Source: an uncultured delta proteobacterium
GTDB lineage: Bacteria > Myxococcota > Myxococcia > Myxococcales > Myxococcaceae
Reading direction: 5' to 3'
DNA length: 64,000 bases
NCBI GenBank assembly: GCA_963796055.1
Contig: CAWCKH010000006.1
Coordinates: 64,001 to 128,000, forward strand
Shown piece by piece: positions 1 to 10,312 of the stretch (the first letter of the stretch is position 1; every line of letters starts with the position of its first letter). The notes below the pieces were generated by a model, which had not been told where the DNA came from, made no database searches, and saw nothing but the letters and a program-made list of their open reading frames with translations. A program made the translations under genes and the position numbers.

Positions 1-1355
1 GCGCCGCCCGCTACGACAGCCGCTCCTCCACCTCCACCAACCTCACCACCGACGCCGTCAAGGGCAGCAACTCCGTCACCGTCGCCAACGCCGCCGCCTT
101 CTCCGCCGGACAGTTCGTCCTCCTCGACGAGCTCTCCGGCTCCGGCTGGCAGACCGACCCCGCCGGGCGTGGGCAGATCTGGGCCTCTCCCGACTTCCAG
201 GTGGTCTGGCAGCGCCACAACCCGCCCCAGGGCTCCGACGACCCCTTCCCCGACGCCTTCAGCTGGTTCTGCCGCGCCGACCGCCCCACCACCGAAATCA
301 AGCAAATCGACCACGTCAGCGGAAACACCATTTATTTCAACACGCCCATCCACATCGCCTACCGCATCTCTCACTCCGCCCAGCTCTCCACCTTCAGCTA
401 CCCCTTCGTGCAGTACGCCGGCCTCGAGGCCTTGAAGGTCATCGGAGGGGATGACGGCAACGTCCGCTTCCAGTGGACCGCCAATTCCTGGGCCAAGGAC
501 ATCGACAACGACACCTGGTACGGCGAGGGCTTCGGGCTCGAGCGCTGCTTCCGCGTCGAGATTCGCGAGTCCTACGTCCACGACGCCGCCTGGGCCCAGC
601 CCGGAGGCGCCGGCTACGCCATCAGCCTCGCCTGGGGCACCTCGGAGGCGCTGGTGGAGAACTCCATCATCGTCAAGGCCAACAAGGTGATGGTGGGCCG
701 CTCCTCCGGAGCAGCCTCGGTCTTCGGTTACAACTACGTCGACGACGGCTACATCAACACCAACACCGGGTGGATTGAGGTCGGGCTGAACGCCTCACAC
801 ATGGTGGGGCCGCACCACGTGCTCTTCGAGGGGAACTACGGCTTCAACTGGGACTCGGACCAGACGCACGGCAACTCCATCTACCACACGATTTTCAGGA
901 ACCACCTCTCGGGTGTGCGGCGTGACTTCACCGACGGTGGGCCGAAGCGCTGCGCAGGCGCGATGTTCTATTCCTACTTCCACAGCTTCGTCGGCAACGT
1001 GATGGGGCGAGCTGGACAGATGGGCGGCTGGGTCTACGAGAGCGGCGACATGGACACCCCGAGCATCTACAAGCTCGGCTGGGACGGTCAGCCGCCCTAC
1101 CCGGTGGACCCGCGGGTCACCGCCACCGCCGTCCGCCACGGCAACTTCGACTACGTCACCAACTCGGTGGTCTGGGACCCGAACATCTCCAGCCGGACCC
1201 TGCCCGACTCGCTGTACCTCAGCGGGCGGCCCGCCTTCTTCGCCGCCGGGCGGGGCTACACCTGGCCCTGGGTGGATCCGGTGGGGACGACGAAGCTCTA
1301 CACGCTTCCAGCCAAGGCTCGCTTCGAGGCCGGTACTCCCTTCGTCCAGCCCTGA
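1..1355 (+). repeat. Long direct repeat, copy 1 (copy 2 at 21198..22552)
   Basis: Constant offset of 21197 nt. About two dozen substitutions over the first ~1160 nt by manual comparison; more divergent over the last ~190 nt. Confidence 0.95.
3..1355 (+). CDS. Partial (5' end outside window) right-handed beta-helix / pectin-lyase-fold protein; near-identical paralogue of 20483..22552
   Basis: Frame is open from base 3 (AARYDSRSSTSTNLTT...) into ORF 201..1355. Colinear without indels with 21198..22552. Asn-rich beta-helix-like repeats (ALVENSII, VLFEGNY, TIFRNH, FVGNV). Confidence 0.7.
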   Translation, partial: AARYDSRSSTSTNLTTDAVKGSNSVTVANAAAFSAGQFVLLDELSGSGWQTDPAGRGQIWASPDFQVVWQRHNPPQGSDDPFPDAFSWFCRADRPTTEIKQIDHVSGNTIYFNTPIHIAYRISHSAQLSTFSYPFVQYAGLEALKVIGGDDGNVRFQWTANSWAKDIDNDTWYGEGFGLERCFRVEIRESYVHDAAWAQPGGAGYAISLAWGTSEALVENSIIVKANKVMVGRSSGAASVFGYNYVDDGYINTNTGWIEVGLNASHMVGPHHVLFEGNYGFNWDSDQTHGNSIYHTIFRNHLSGVRRDFTDGGPKRCAGAMFYSYFHSFVGNVMGRAGQMGGWVYESGDMDTPSIYKLGWDGQPPYPVDPRVTATAVRHGNFDYVTNSVVWDPNISSRTLPDSLYLSGRPAFFAAGRGYTWPWVDPVGTTKLYTLPAKARFEAGTPFVQP

Positions 1356-2036
1356 TCGGCCGCCCCGGCCGGGAAGCCGGCATAGGCGACGAAGGACTTC
1401 ACCAGCCCGAACATCCGCTCCTCCCAGATGGTGGCGCGGGGAAAGAGCCCGGCGAAGGTCCGCCGATCGAGGAGCTGGACCGACTCGACGATCCGGCGGG
1501 CCTCCGCCGGATTCCGGCGTGCGCGCCATCCACCCGAGGGTGAAGCGGGTGAGGAGCGCCACCCGGGCGCTCACCGGCAGGTGCTGGAAGAAGGGAAAGA
1601 GGAAGTGCGGCTCGAGGGGGAAGTGGCGGTTCGGCGTCTGGACCCAGAAGGCCTTTCCAACCCTCTGGATCTCCTGGGCGACCCTTCGCTGATCCTCGAG
1701 GCCTCCCACGTGCTCGATGAGGGAATTGGAGAAGACCACCTCGAAGGACCCGTCGGCGAAGCGCGAGAGATCGCGGGCGTCCCCCTCGAGGGCGGTGACG
1801 TTGCTGGCCTGGACCGGTCCCGGCGCGTCGATGTTGACGGTGATGATCTGGACGGTCGGATCGTCCGCCAGACCCATGGTCCGCCAGAAGACCTCGGTGC
1901 CACCCACGTCGAGGATCCGGACCGGCCGGGGCAGCGGCGCCAGCAGCGCCCCGAAGAGCTCGAAGCGCCGCCGGCGCATCCGCCTGGCCGGGGAGTCTTC
2001 GCGCTCGAAATCGACCAGCGCCTTGAGAACCGACAT
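1298..2036 (-). CDS. Class I SAM-dependent methyltransferase, with +1 frameshift at ~1512 (probable sequencing error)
   Basis: MSVLKALVDF... has motif I ILDVGG, EGDARDL, FEVVFSNSLIEHV and VQTPNRHFPLEPHF. Removing one base in GGATTCC restores ...RTPDPAEARRIVESVQLL...KSFVAY. Confidence 0.75.
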
Positions 2037-2351
2037 CCGCTCTCCCGGAAGGGCGCGCGAGCGTAGCACCGCTCCCGCCCAGCAACCCCGACACCCCTGC
2101 AACCCGGCCGAGATGAGGCGACGGAAGCCCCGATTCGACCATTCTCACGACAATCACCCGCCGGCGCGGTAACGGCCGCGGGCCCGGTCACTTTGACCCC
2201 ATCGGTCCGCCGTGACCCCGTGGGAATCCCGCTCGCTTCGTCGTCTCGTCTCGGGCAGATTACCTCGCCGCACACGTCCGGCCGAAGTGCGACGCGCGCC
2301 CGCCGTCGGCCGTCCCCGGGGAGTACGTCATGGATTCGAGTCGGGTTCGGG

Positions 2352-5300
2352 ATGGCAGCGCGAGCGGCTTCCTTGCTCGCGCTGGCTTCGCTGCTGCTGG
2401 TCGGATGCGAGCAATCGTCGAAGTCTCCGGACCCGAATCGCCCGCACGAGGGGATGCGCACGAGCGCGCTCACCAGCATCACCTTCGTGCAGGTGGCGTA
2501 CGCCACGCCCCAGACGGACTCCACCACCGTCTCGGTGAAGTGCACCGCCGCTCAGGTCGCCGGAGATCTGAACGTCGTCGCCGTGGGCTGGAACGACTCG
2601 ACGGCCGCGGTCTCCTCGGTCACCGACACCATGGGCAACGCCTACACGCTGGCCGTCGGGCCGACGAGCATCGCCGGCGCCCTCAGCCAGTCCATCTACT
2701 ACGCGAAGAACATCGCCGCGGCGGCGGCGGGCGCGAACACGGTCAAGGTGACCTTCAACCGGGCGGCGGCCTTCGCCGACATCCGCATCCTCGAGTACGG
2801 CGGCATCGACCCGACCAATCCCTTCGATGGCGCCTCCGGGGCCACCGGCATCTCGTCCACCGCGGACAGCGGCCCCATCACCACCACCAACGCCAACGAC
2901 CTGCTCTTCGGGGCGAACATGACCACCGGGGCCACCAGCGGTGCGGGCACCGGGTTCACCAGCCGGGTGATCACCTTCCCGGACAGTGACATCGCCGAGG
3001 ACCAGATCGTGAGCGCCGTGGGCACCTACCGCGCCACCGCCCGGCTGAGCGGCGCGGACTGGGTGATGCAGGTGGTGGCCTTCCGGGGAATGCCCAGCGA
3101 CTCGCAGCCGCCCACCGCTCCCTCCGGCCTCGGAGCCGTGGCGGCCAGCAGCTCGGCGATCAACCTCTCCTGGACCGCGTCCACCGACAACCTCGGCGTC
3201 GCCGGCTACCTCATCGAGCGCTGCACCGGAGCGGGCTGCAGCAACTTCGCCCAAGTCGCCGCACCGGCGGGGACCGGCACCACCTTCGCGGACACCGGGC
3301 AAGCTCCCGGCACCTCCTACAGCTACCAGGTGCGGGCAAAGGACGCGGCAGGGAACCTCAGCCCCTACTCCAACGTCGCCACCGCCACGACCCTGCCCGA
3401 CTCCACCCCCCCACCGCGCCCGGGAGTCTCGTGGCCAACGCGATCAACGGGAGCCGCATCGACCTGACCTGGTCCGCGGCGACGGACAACGTGGCGGTCA
3501 CCGGCTATCTCCTGGAGCGCTGCTCGGGCTCCGGCTGCAACAGCTTCGCGCAGATCGCCACCCCCACCGGCACGACGTTCAGCGACACCGGTCTCACCGC
3601 CGGGGCGAGCTACAGCTACCGGGTCCGCGCCACCGACGCGACGGGGAACCTGGGGCCCTACTCCGGCGTGGCGAGCGCCACCACCCCGGCGCCGGACATC
3701 CAGCCTCCCACCGCACCCTCGAGCCTGAGCGCCACCGCCGGAAGCAACTCGGCGATCAGCCTGTCGTGGACCGCGTCCACCGACAACGTCGCGGTCTCGG
3801 GCTACCTCATCGAGCGCTGCCAGGGCACGGGCTGCAGCAACTTCGCCCAGATTGCCGCCCCCCCCGGGGTGGGCACCAGCTTCGGCGACGTCGGTCTCTC
3901 CTCCAGCACGTCCTACAGCTACCAGGTGCGGGCGACCGACGCCTCGGGGAACCTGAGCGGCTACTCCAACGTCGCGAGCGCCACCACCCTGACCACTCCT
4001 CCGACGCCGGTCATCCCCAACTTCGTCCAGGGCAACTACGCCACGCCGCAGACCAACAAGACGACGGTCACCATTCCCTTCACCGCCGCCCAGAGGTCCG
4101 GTGACTTCAACGTGGTGCTGGTGGGATGGAACGACACCAGCGCCCGGGTGACCTCGGTCACCGACACCAAGGGCAACACCTACGCCCTGGCCATCGGCCC
4201 CACCCAGCGCGCCGGACTGCTCTCGCAGTCCATCTACTACGCGATGAACATCGCCGGCGCGGCGGCGGGAGCGAACACCGTCAGCGTCACCTTCTCTCCC
4301 GCGGCTGCCTTCGCCGACGTTCGCGTGCTCGAGTACGGCGGGGTGGCTCACAGCGGCGCGTTCGACGTGGCGGTGGGAGCAGGCGGAGCGGGGAGCACCG
4401 CGAACAGCGGCACGCTGACCACCACCGGCCCTGGCGACCTCCTGGTGACCGGCGCGATGGTCACCTCGTTCATCAACGGCGTCGGTTCGGGCTACACCCT
4501 GCGCTTCGTCACCAATCCCGATGGCGATCTGGCCGCGGACCGGGTGGCGACGAACGCCGGCTCGTACTCGGCGACCGCGCCGATGAACTCCGGCGACTAC
4601 GTGATGCAGCTCGCCGCCTTCAAGCCCGCCCCGCCCGATACCACCCCACCCACCGTGGCGGTCACCTCACCCGGCGCGGGGGCGACCCTGAGCGGAACGG
4701 TGAACGTGACGGTGACCGCGACCGATCCGGACTCCGGGGTCCAGGCGATCCAGCTCCTGGTGGATGGTGCCATCGTCGGGCTCCTGGCACCCACCAGCCC
4801 CGCGACCTTCTCGCTGAACACCGCGCAGTTCGGCAACGGAGCCCACTCCATCGGCGCCAGCGCCATCAACGGGACGCGGACCAGCGGCTACGCGGCGCCG
4901 GTGTCCGTCACCTTCAACAATCCCAGCCCGGGAAATCCCGCGGCCACCGGCCTCTGGTCCGGGATCACCCCGGTGCCGATCATCTCGGTCCACGTCGCTC
5001 AGCTCCCGGCCTCGAAGATCCTCCTCATCGACGGCCAGTCGCTCGGATGGGACGCGCGGGTCTGGGACACGCTGACCAACAGCTTCATCGCCGCTCCGGT
5101 CCCGGCGAACGTCTTCTGCTCCGCGCACGAGCAGATGGCCGACGGTCGGATCTTCGTCGCCGGCGGAACCAACGGGGGAGCGCACCTCGGGCTCAAGGTG
5201 GGGAACATCTTCGACCCGGTGACCCAGACCTGGAGGGTCCTCCCGAACATGACCTCTCCACGGTGGTACCCCACCGCGACCGAGCTCCCCGATGGACGGC

Positions 5301-6301
5301 AGCTGGTCCTGGCGGGCGAGACCTCCTGCCCCGGATGCGAGGCGCTCATCCCGGAGATCTACAACCCTTCGACCAACACCTGGACTCGTCTCACCGGCGC
5401 CTCGTTCTCGTTCCCCTACTACCCGCACGTCTACGTCCTGCCCGACGGGCGCGTCCTGGTCCCCTCCACCGGCGAGGAGCCCATCGTCAGCCAGGTCCTC
5501 GACATCAACGCCCAGCGGTGGACGCCGGTGGGTGGCTCCACCGCGCTCGAGGGAGGAAGCTCGGTGATGTACCGGCCCTGGAAGATCCTCAAGACCGGCA
5601 AGACGGTCGATCCGGACGACCCGGCCACCCCCTCGACCGCGGTGTCCTACGTGCTCGACATGACCCAGAGCACGCCCACCTGGCGCCAGGTGGCCTCGAT
5701 GGGCTCCGCGCGGACCTACCACAACCTCACCAGCCTCCCCGACGGGAACGTGCTGGTGACCGGCGGCGGGCCCACCACCGCGGCGACTGACACCGCCCAC
5801 GCGATCATGCAGGCCGAGCTCTGGTCTCCCACCAGCGAGACCTGGACCACCCTCTCCTCGATGCACGCGCCCCGCCTCTACCACTCGGAGGCGATTCTCC
5901 TCCCCGACGGGCGGGTGCTGATCATGGGAGGCGGCCGGTTCGAGGACGACACCCTCCCCACCGACCAGTTCAACGCCGAGTACTTCTCGCCACCGTACCT
6001 CTTCAAGGGGCCGCGGCCGGTCATCACCGCCGCCCCCACCAACCTGACCTACGGCCAGGCCTTCACCGTGCAGACGCCGGACGCGGCGCGCATCGCCAGT
6101 GTGGCGCTGATGCGCTTCGGGAGCGTGACCCACGCCATCAACATGGGGCAGCGGTACCTTCCGCTGGCGTTCACCGCGGCGGGCACCTCGCTCACCGTCA
6201 CCGCGCCCGCCGACCGGAACTCAGCCACCCCCGGCAACTACATGCTCTTCCTCGTGGACACCAACGGCGTCCCGTCGGTGGCCGCCGAGCTCCGGCTGTA
6301 G
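2352..6301 (+). CDS. Lipoprotein copper-radical oxidase (galactose oxidase / AA5-like) with FN3 and Ig-like repeats; frameshift (one C missing) in C7 tract 3406..3412
   Basis: Lipobox LLVG-C, three FN3 repeats (LSWTASTDN..VAGYLIERC), a duplicated TFVQ..YATPQ domain, an Ig-like domain and a kelch catalytic module. Motifs FCSAH, RWYPT, RLYHS and VTH match the galactose oxidase Cys-Tyr and Tyr/His/His ligands. C-terminal E-set (DUF1929-like) domain. ORFs 2193..3467 and 3431..6301 join if one C is added. Confidence 0.85.
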
Positions 6302-9300
6302 AGCCCTCGGGGGAGCAGCTCGACCAGCGCGGACAGGTCCAGTCCCGAGGCCTGGGCCCGTCGGAGCTGGCGGGCGCGCCACAGGGTGTAGAGCACCGGC
6401 AGCACCTCGAGGGTGAGGAAGGCGCTGGTGACCAGGCCTCCCAGCATCGGCGCGGCGACCCGCTTCATGATCTCCGCGCCGGCCCCCTTCGCCCAGAGGA
6501 GCGGGAGCAGCCCCGCCCCCATGGTGGTGATGGTCATGATCTTCGGCCGGAGGCGGCGCACCGTCCCTTCCGCGTGCGCCTCCACGATGTCCTCGCGCGT
6601 CCGTAGCCGCCCCTCGGCCAGCCGCCGGTAGAACGCATCGTCGATGTAGACCACCATCACCACGCCGGTCTGCATCGCGAGCCCGGCCACCGAGAGCAGC
6701 CCGACCCAGACCGGGGCCGAGAGCGGATAGCCCAGCCAGTGGAGCGTCCAGACGCTCCCCACCAGCGCGAAGGGCACCGAGACGAGGACGATGAGGGCCT
6801 CGGTCAGGCTGCGGAACTGCCAGTAGAGCAGCCCGAGCATGGAGAGGAGCACCAGCGGGACGATCCAGGCCAGGCGCTGACTCCCCGCGACCAGGAGCGG
6901 GTACTGGCCGATCCAGTCGAGGCGCTCTCCCGGCGCCAGCACGAGCTCCCCGGCGGCCCGGGCGCGGCGAACCGCCTCCTTCGCGCTCTCGACGTACCGG
7001 AGCAGGTCGGTTCCGGCGGACACGTCGACGTGGAGATAGGAGACCCGCTCCTCGCCGTCGGTCCGGACGCTGGCCGCGACCTCCCGATGGACCGGCCTGC
7101 CGAGGAGCGCGAGGGGGACCGGCTGCTCGGGCCTCCCCGAGGAACGAACGGTGATCGCCCGGAGCTGGTCCGCCACCCCGCGCACGGTCCAGTCCTGCGA
7201 GAGCCGCACCGGCACCGCCCGTCCGTCCTTCTCCAGAGTTCCCACCTGGCCACCTCCGAGCACGGTGCGGGTGGTCTCGGTGACGCGCTCCGGGTCGACG
7301 GCGTGCGCGGAAAGCGCGCCCGGATCGGCGGCGAAGGTGAGCCAGGTCTGTCCCTCCGCCGCGTCGAGCACGGCGCTCCGCGTCCCCGGAAGCCCGGCGA
7401 CCACCGCGCGCACCCTCCGTCCGAGCTCCTCCAGTCGAGCGGGGTCGGGCGACACGATGCGCACCCCCACCGGGGTGCGTATTCCGGTGGACACCATGTC
7501 GAGGCGTGCGCGGGCGGGCGCGGTCCAGGCGGACGTCCACCCCGGAAGGCGGGCCCGCCGGTCCAGCCGCTCGATCAGCTCGGTGACGGTGAGCGAAGCC
7601 GTCTCTGGCCAGACGACGCCCAAGGCACGGGTGAGCCACGGCGGCGCCCAGCCCGAGTACCAGCGCCGGACCGGCCGGAGCGGCCACCGCTCACGGGGAA
7701 GCAGGCGGAGCGTGGTCTCCGCCATCGAGAGCGGCGCGGGGTCGGTCGCGGTGTCGGCCCGGCCGACCTTCCCGAAGACCGTCGCCACCTCGGGCAATGC
7801 GCCGAGAGCTGAGTCCTGGAGTCTGAGCTGGACGGCCAGCTCCTCGGGAGGCGCCCCGGGCAGGGTGGTGGGCATGAAGAGCAGGTCCCCCTCGTCGATG
7901 CGAGGCAGGAACTCTCCGCCCAGCCGGGTGGCGATGGGGGCGGCGGACAGGAGCGCGAGCCCGGCCAGGAGCAGGGTCCACACCGGGCGATCCAGGGCGA
8001 GGTGGACGAACGGCCGGTACATCCTCACCAGGGTGCGGGTCAGCGGATTGTCGAACTCGGCCCGGGTGCGTCCCCTGAGGAAGAGCTGTCGGAGGACCGG
8101 GGAGAGCGTCACCGCCACCAGCGCCGCGGCGAGGATGACCAGCGTCTTGGTCAGGGCCAGGGGACGGAGGAGCCGGCCGGTCTCGCCGCTGAAGGCGAGG
8201 ACGGGCAGGAAGCTCAGGGCCGCGATGAGCAACGAGACGAGGACCGCGGGCCCGAAGACTCCGGCGGCGGCGAGGAGCCGGTCTCGCCGCTCGCCCGCGC
8301 CGAGCGCTCCGCCCTCGAGGCCACGGTGTCCGGCCTCCAGCGCGACCACGTCCGCGTCGACCGCGAGGCCGAGGGCGATCCCGATTCCCCCCAGACTCAT
8401 CAGGGTGGAGCGGATTCCCAGGAGCCACATCCCGGCGAAGGTCAGGAGCACGACCACCGTCAAGGTGACCAGCGGGACGAGCGCGCTGCGGAGGTGGAGG
8501 AGGAAGAGGAAGATCACCACTCCCACCACCACCACTTCCTCGCCGAGAGCGCGCCAGAGCGTCCGCTCGATCCGGCTGACGACCTCGGACCGGTCATAGG
8601 CGGTGAGCAGCTCCACCCCCGGGCGCAACTGGGAGCGCTGCTGGGCCAGGACCTTCCGGACGCCGGCGACCACCGTGGGCACGTCGGCTCCGCGCAGGGC
8701 CACCACGATTCCTCCCACGGCCACCGCCCGCCCCCCGACGTCCACCAGTCCGCTGGACATCTCCTGGTCCAGCCGGACCTGCGCCACGTCCCCGAGGCGG
8801 GTCGAGGCCGCACCCGGCGCACCGGTGACGGGCAATTCTTGAAGCTGTCTCACCTTGACTGGAGGGTCGGTGGCAAAGGCGGAGCGGAGCGCCCCGAGCA
8901 CGTCGCCGAAGGCCAGTGCCCGGCTCCGGAGCCGGTCCGACTGCACGTCGACGCGGACCACCTCGAGCTGCCCACCCACCGAGGCCACCTCGGCCACGCC
9001 GGGGAGGGCCGCGAGCGCCGGGCGGAGCACGTCGTCCTGAAAGCGGCGGAGGGTGAACGGCGTCTCGCCGTGGGTCCGGTCGAGGAGCGCGTACTGAAAG
9101 ACCCAGCCGGTGCTGGACGCATCCGGTCCGATCTGAACCTTCGCCTCCGGTGGCAGGGTGGGCCGGATCACCTCGATGCGCTCGCGGAGCTGGCGAAGGC
9201 CCGGTGCGAGATCCGATTCCGACCGGAAGACGACGCTCAGGGAGACCATCCCCTCCATCGACCAGCCCCGGACCTCGGTCGCTCCCGGGAGCCGGCCCAG

Positions 9301-9516
9301 GGTCGCCGCGAGCGGCCGGGCGATCCGGTCCGCCACCTCGCTCGCCGGATGGTCCATCCACTCGACCGCCACGACGAGCTGGGGCTCTCCCAGATCCGGC
9401 AGCAGGTCACGGGGGACCGCGCGCTGGGCGAGGACTCCGGCCAGCGCCAGCAGCGCGGCACCGACCAGCACCCATCGCGGATGGCGCGCGCTCCACGACA
9501 CCAGTCTCGCAATCAC
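6238..9516 (-). CDS. cusA: CusA/CzcA-family heavy-metal RND permease (atypical)
   Basis: Motifs GPDASSTGWVFQYAL, GVAEVASVGG, YDRS, EGDLLFMPTTLPG, DPAPLSMAET, RLDMVSTGIRTPVG, RLRPKIMT and IMKRVAAPMLGG. Confidence 0.9.
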   Translation of the reverse strand: MIARLVSWSARHPRWVLVGAALLALAGVLAQRAVPRDLLPDLGEPQLVVAVEWMDHPASEVADRIARPLAATLGRLPGATEVRGWSMEGMVSLSVVFRSESDLAPGLRQLRERIEVIRPTLPPEAKVQIGPDASSTGWVFQYALLDRTHGETPFTLRRFQDDVLRPALAALPGVAEVASVGGQLEVVRVDVQSDRLRSRALAFGDVLGALRSAFATDPPVKVRQLQELPVTGAPGAASTRLGDVAQVRLDQEMSSGLVDVGGRAVAVGGIVVALRGADVPTVVAGVRKVLAQQRSQLRPGVELLTAYDRSEVVSRIERTLWRALGEEVVVVGVVIFLFLLHLRSALVPLVTLTVVVLLTFAGMWLLGIRSTLMSLGGIGIALGLAVDADVVALEAGHRGLEGGALGAGERRDRLLAAAGVFGPAVLVSLLIAALSFLPVLAFSGETGRLLRPLALTKTLVILAAALVAVTLSPVLRQLFLRGRTRAEFDNPLTRTLVRMYRPFVHLALDRPVWTLLLAGLALLSAAPIATRLGGEFLPRIDEGDLLFMPTTLPGAPPEELAVQLRLQDSALGALPEVATVFGKVGRADTATDPAPLSMAETTLRLLPRERWPLRPVRRWYSGWAPPWLTRALGVVWPETASLTVTELIERLDRRARLPGWTSAWTAPARARLDMVSTGIRTPVGVRIVSPDPARLEELGRRVRAVVAGLPGTRSAVLDAAEGQTWLTFAADPGALSAHAVDPERVTETTRTVLGGGQVGTLEKDGRAVPVRLSQDWTVRGVADQLRAITVRSSGRPEQPVPLALLGRPVHREVAASVRTDGEERVSYLHVDVSAGTDLLRYVESAKEAVRRARAAGELVLAPGERLDWIGQYPLLVAGSQRLAWIVPLVLLSMLGLLYWQFRSLTEALIVLVSVPFALVGSVWTLHWLGYPLSAPVWVGLLSVAGLAMQTGVVMVVYIDDAFYRRLAEGRLRTREDIVEAHAEGTVRRLRPKIMTITTMGAGLLPLLWAKGAGAEIMKRVAAPMLGGLVTSAFLTLEVLPVLYTLWRARQLRRAQASGLDLSALVELLPRGLYSRSSAATDGTPLVSTRKSM

Positions 9517-9520
9517 GCCG

Positions 9521-10312
9521 TCACCGTGCCGGGTCCTCCCCCAGCCGTCGCTCGGCGTCGAGGAAGAAGCCGTCGCGGACGGCGACCCGCTCCCCGGGAC
9601 CGAGGCCCTCCAGGACCGCGGTCAGGCCGAAGTTGGTCCCGCCGACCCGAACCGGGCGACGGGGGAAGTGCCGTCCATCAGGAGACGGGGAGATTACCGC
9701 CGTCTCCTCGCCGGAGAAGAGCAGCGCCGAGGCCGGCAGGATCAGGAGGTCAGCCCGACGCGCCGGCCACTCCACCATCCCCACCGTTCCCGGAGCCAGC
9801 GCCGGCCCACCCTGCTCGACGACGAGAGCGGCACGGGACGTTGTGTCGTCCCAGCGCACGAGGCGGCTCCGGTCGAGTCGCACCCGGATCCGCTCGGCCG
9901 GCCCTGCGGTCGGAGTGAAGGTTCCGCGCTCGCCGTCATGCAAACAGATGAGGTCGTCGTCGTGGATCACCGCCCAGCCGGCCCGGCTCGTCTCGAGCCA
10001 GGCGGCGCCGCTCGGCTCCTGGGCCACCACCTGTCGTCGCGCGACCTCCACGGCCCCGGGTGAAAGCCGGGGAGGCTCGTCCGGCGCAGAATCGGCTCCT
10101 CCTCCGGCGCGTACCAGCGCCATCCCGCACACCGGGCAGGTCCCGGGTGCACGCGCACGAACCTGGGCGTGCATCGGACAGACGAAGCCCGGCGCCCCGT
10201 TCGCCTCGTCCGGCCGGCGGGCCAGGGCGAAGGCGAGCACCACCGCCCCGAGCGCCGCCAGCACGAGCCCGACCCGCGCTGCGGTGACCAGCGACGCCAC
10301 GGACCTGGTCAA
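9521..10312 (-). CDS. Short CusB-like periplasmic adaptor with heavy-metal-binding domain
   Basis: TTG start overlaps the asnB stop (TTGA). N-terminal TM segment, then FVCPMH-x9-CPVCGMAL, and a CusB-type C-terminus (LPASALL..G...F.RRPVRVG....VLEGL..GERV....FFLDAE). About 263 aa. Confidence 0.75.
   Translation of the reverse strand: MTRSVASLVTAARVGLVLAALGAVVLAFALARRPDEANGAPGFVCPMHAQVRARAPGTCPVCGMALVRAGGGADSAPDEPPRLSPGAVEVARRQVVAQEPSGAAWLETSRAGWAVIHDDDLICLHDGERGTFTPTAGPAERIRVRLDRSRLVRWDDTTSRAALVVEQGGPALAPGTVGMVEWPARRADLLILPASALLFSGEETAVISPSPDGRHFPRRPVRVGGTNFGLTAVLEGLGPGERVAVRDGFFLDAERRLGEDPAR

Noticed and set aside
6238..10312. Canonical CusCFBA copper-resistance island
   Set aside because: No outer-membrane factor, CusF, CusRS or mobility genes; the adaptor is short and the genes are coupled to asnB.
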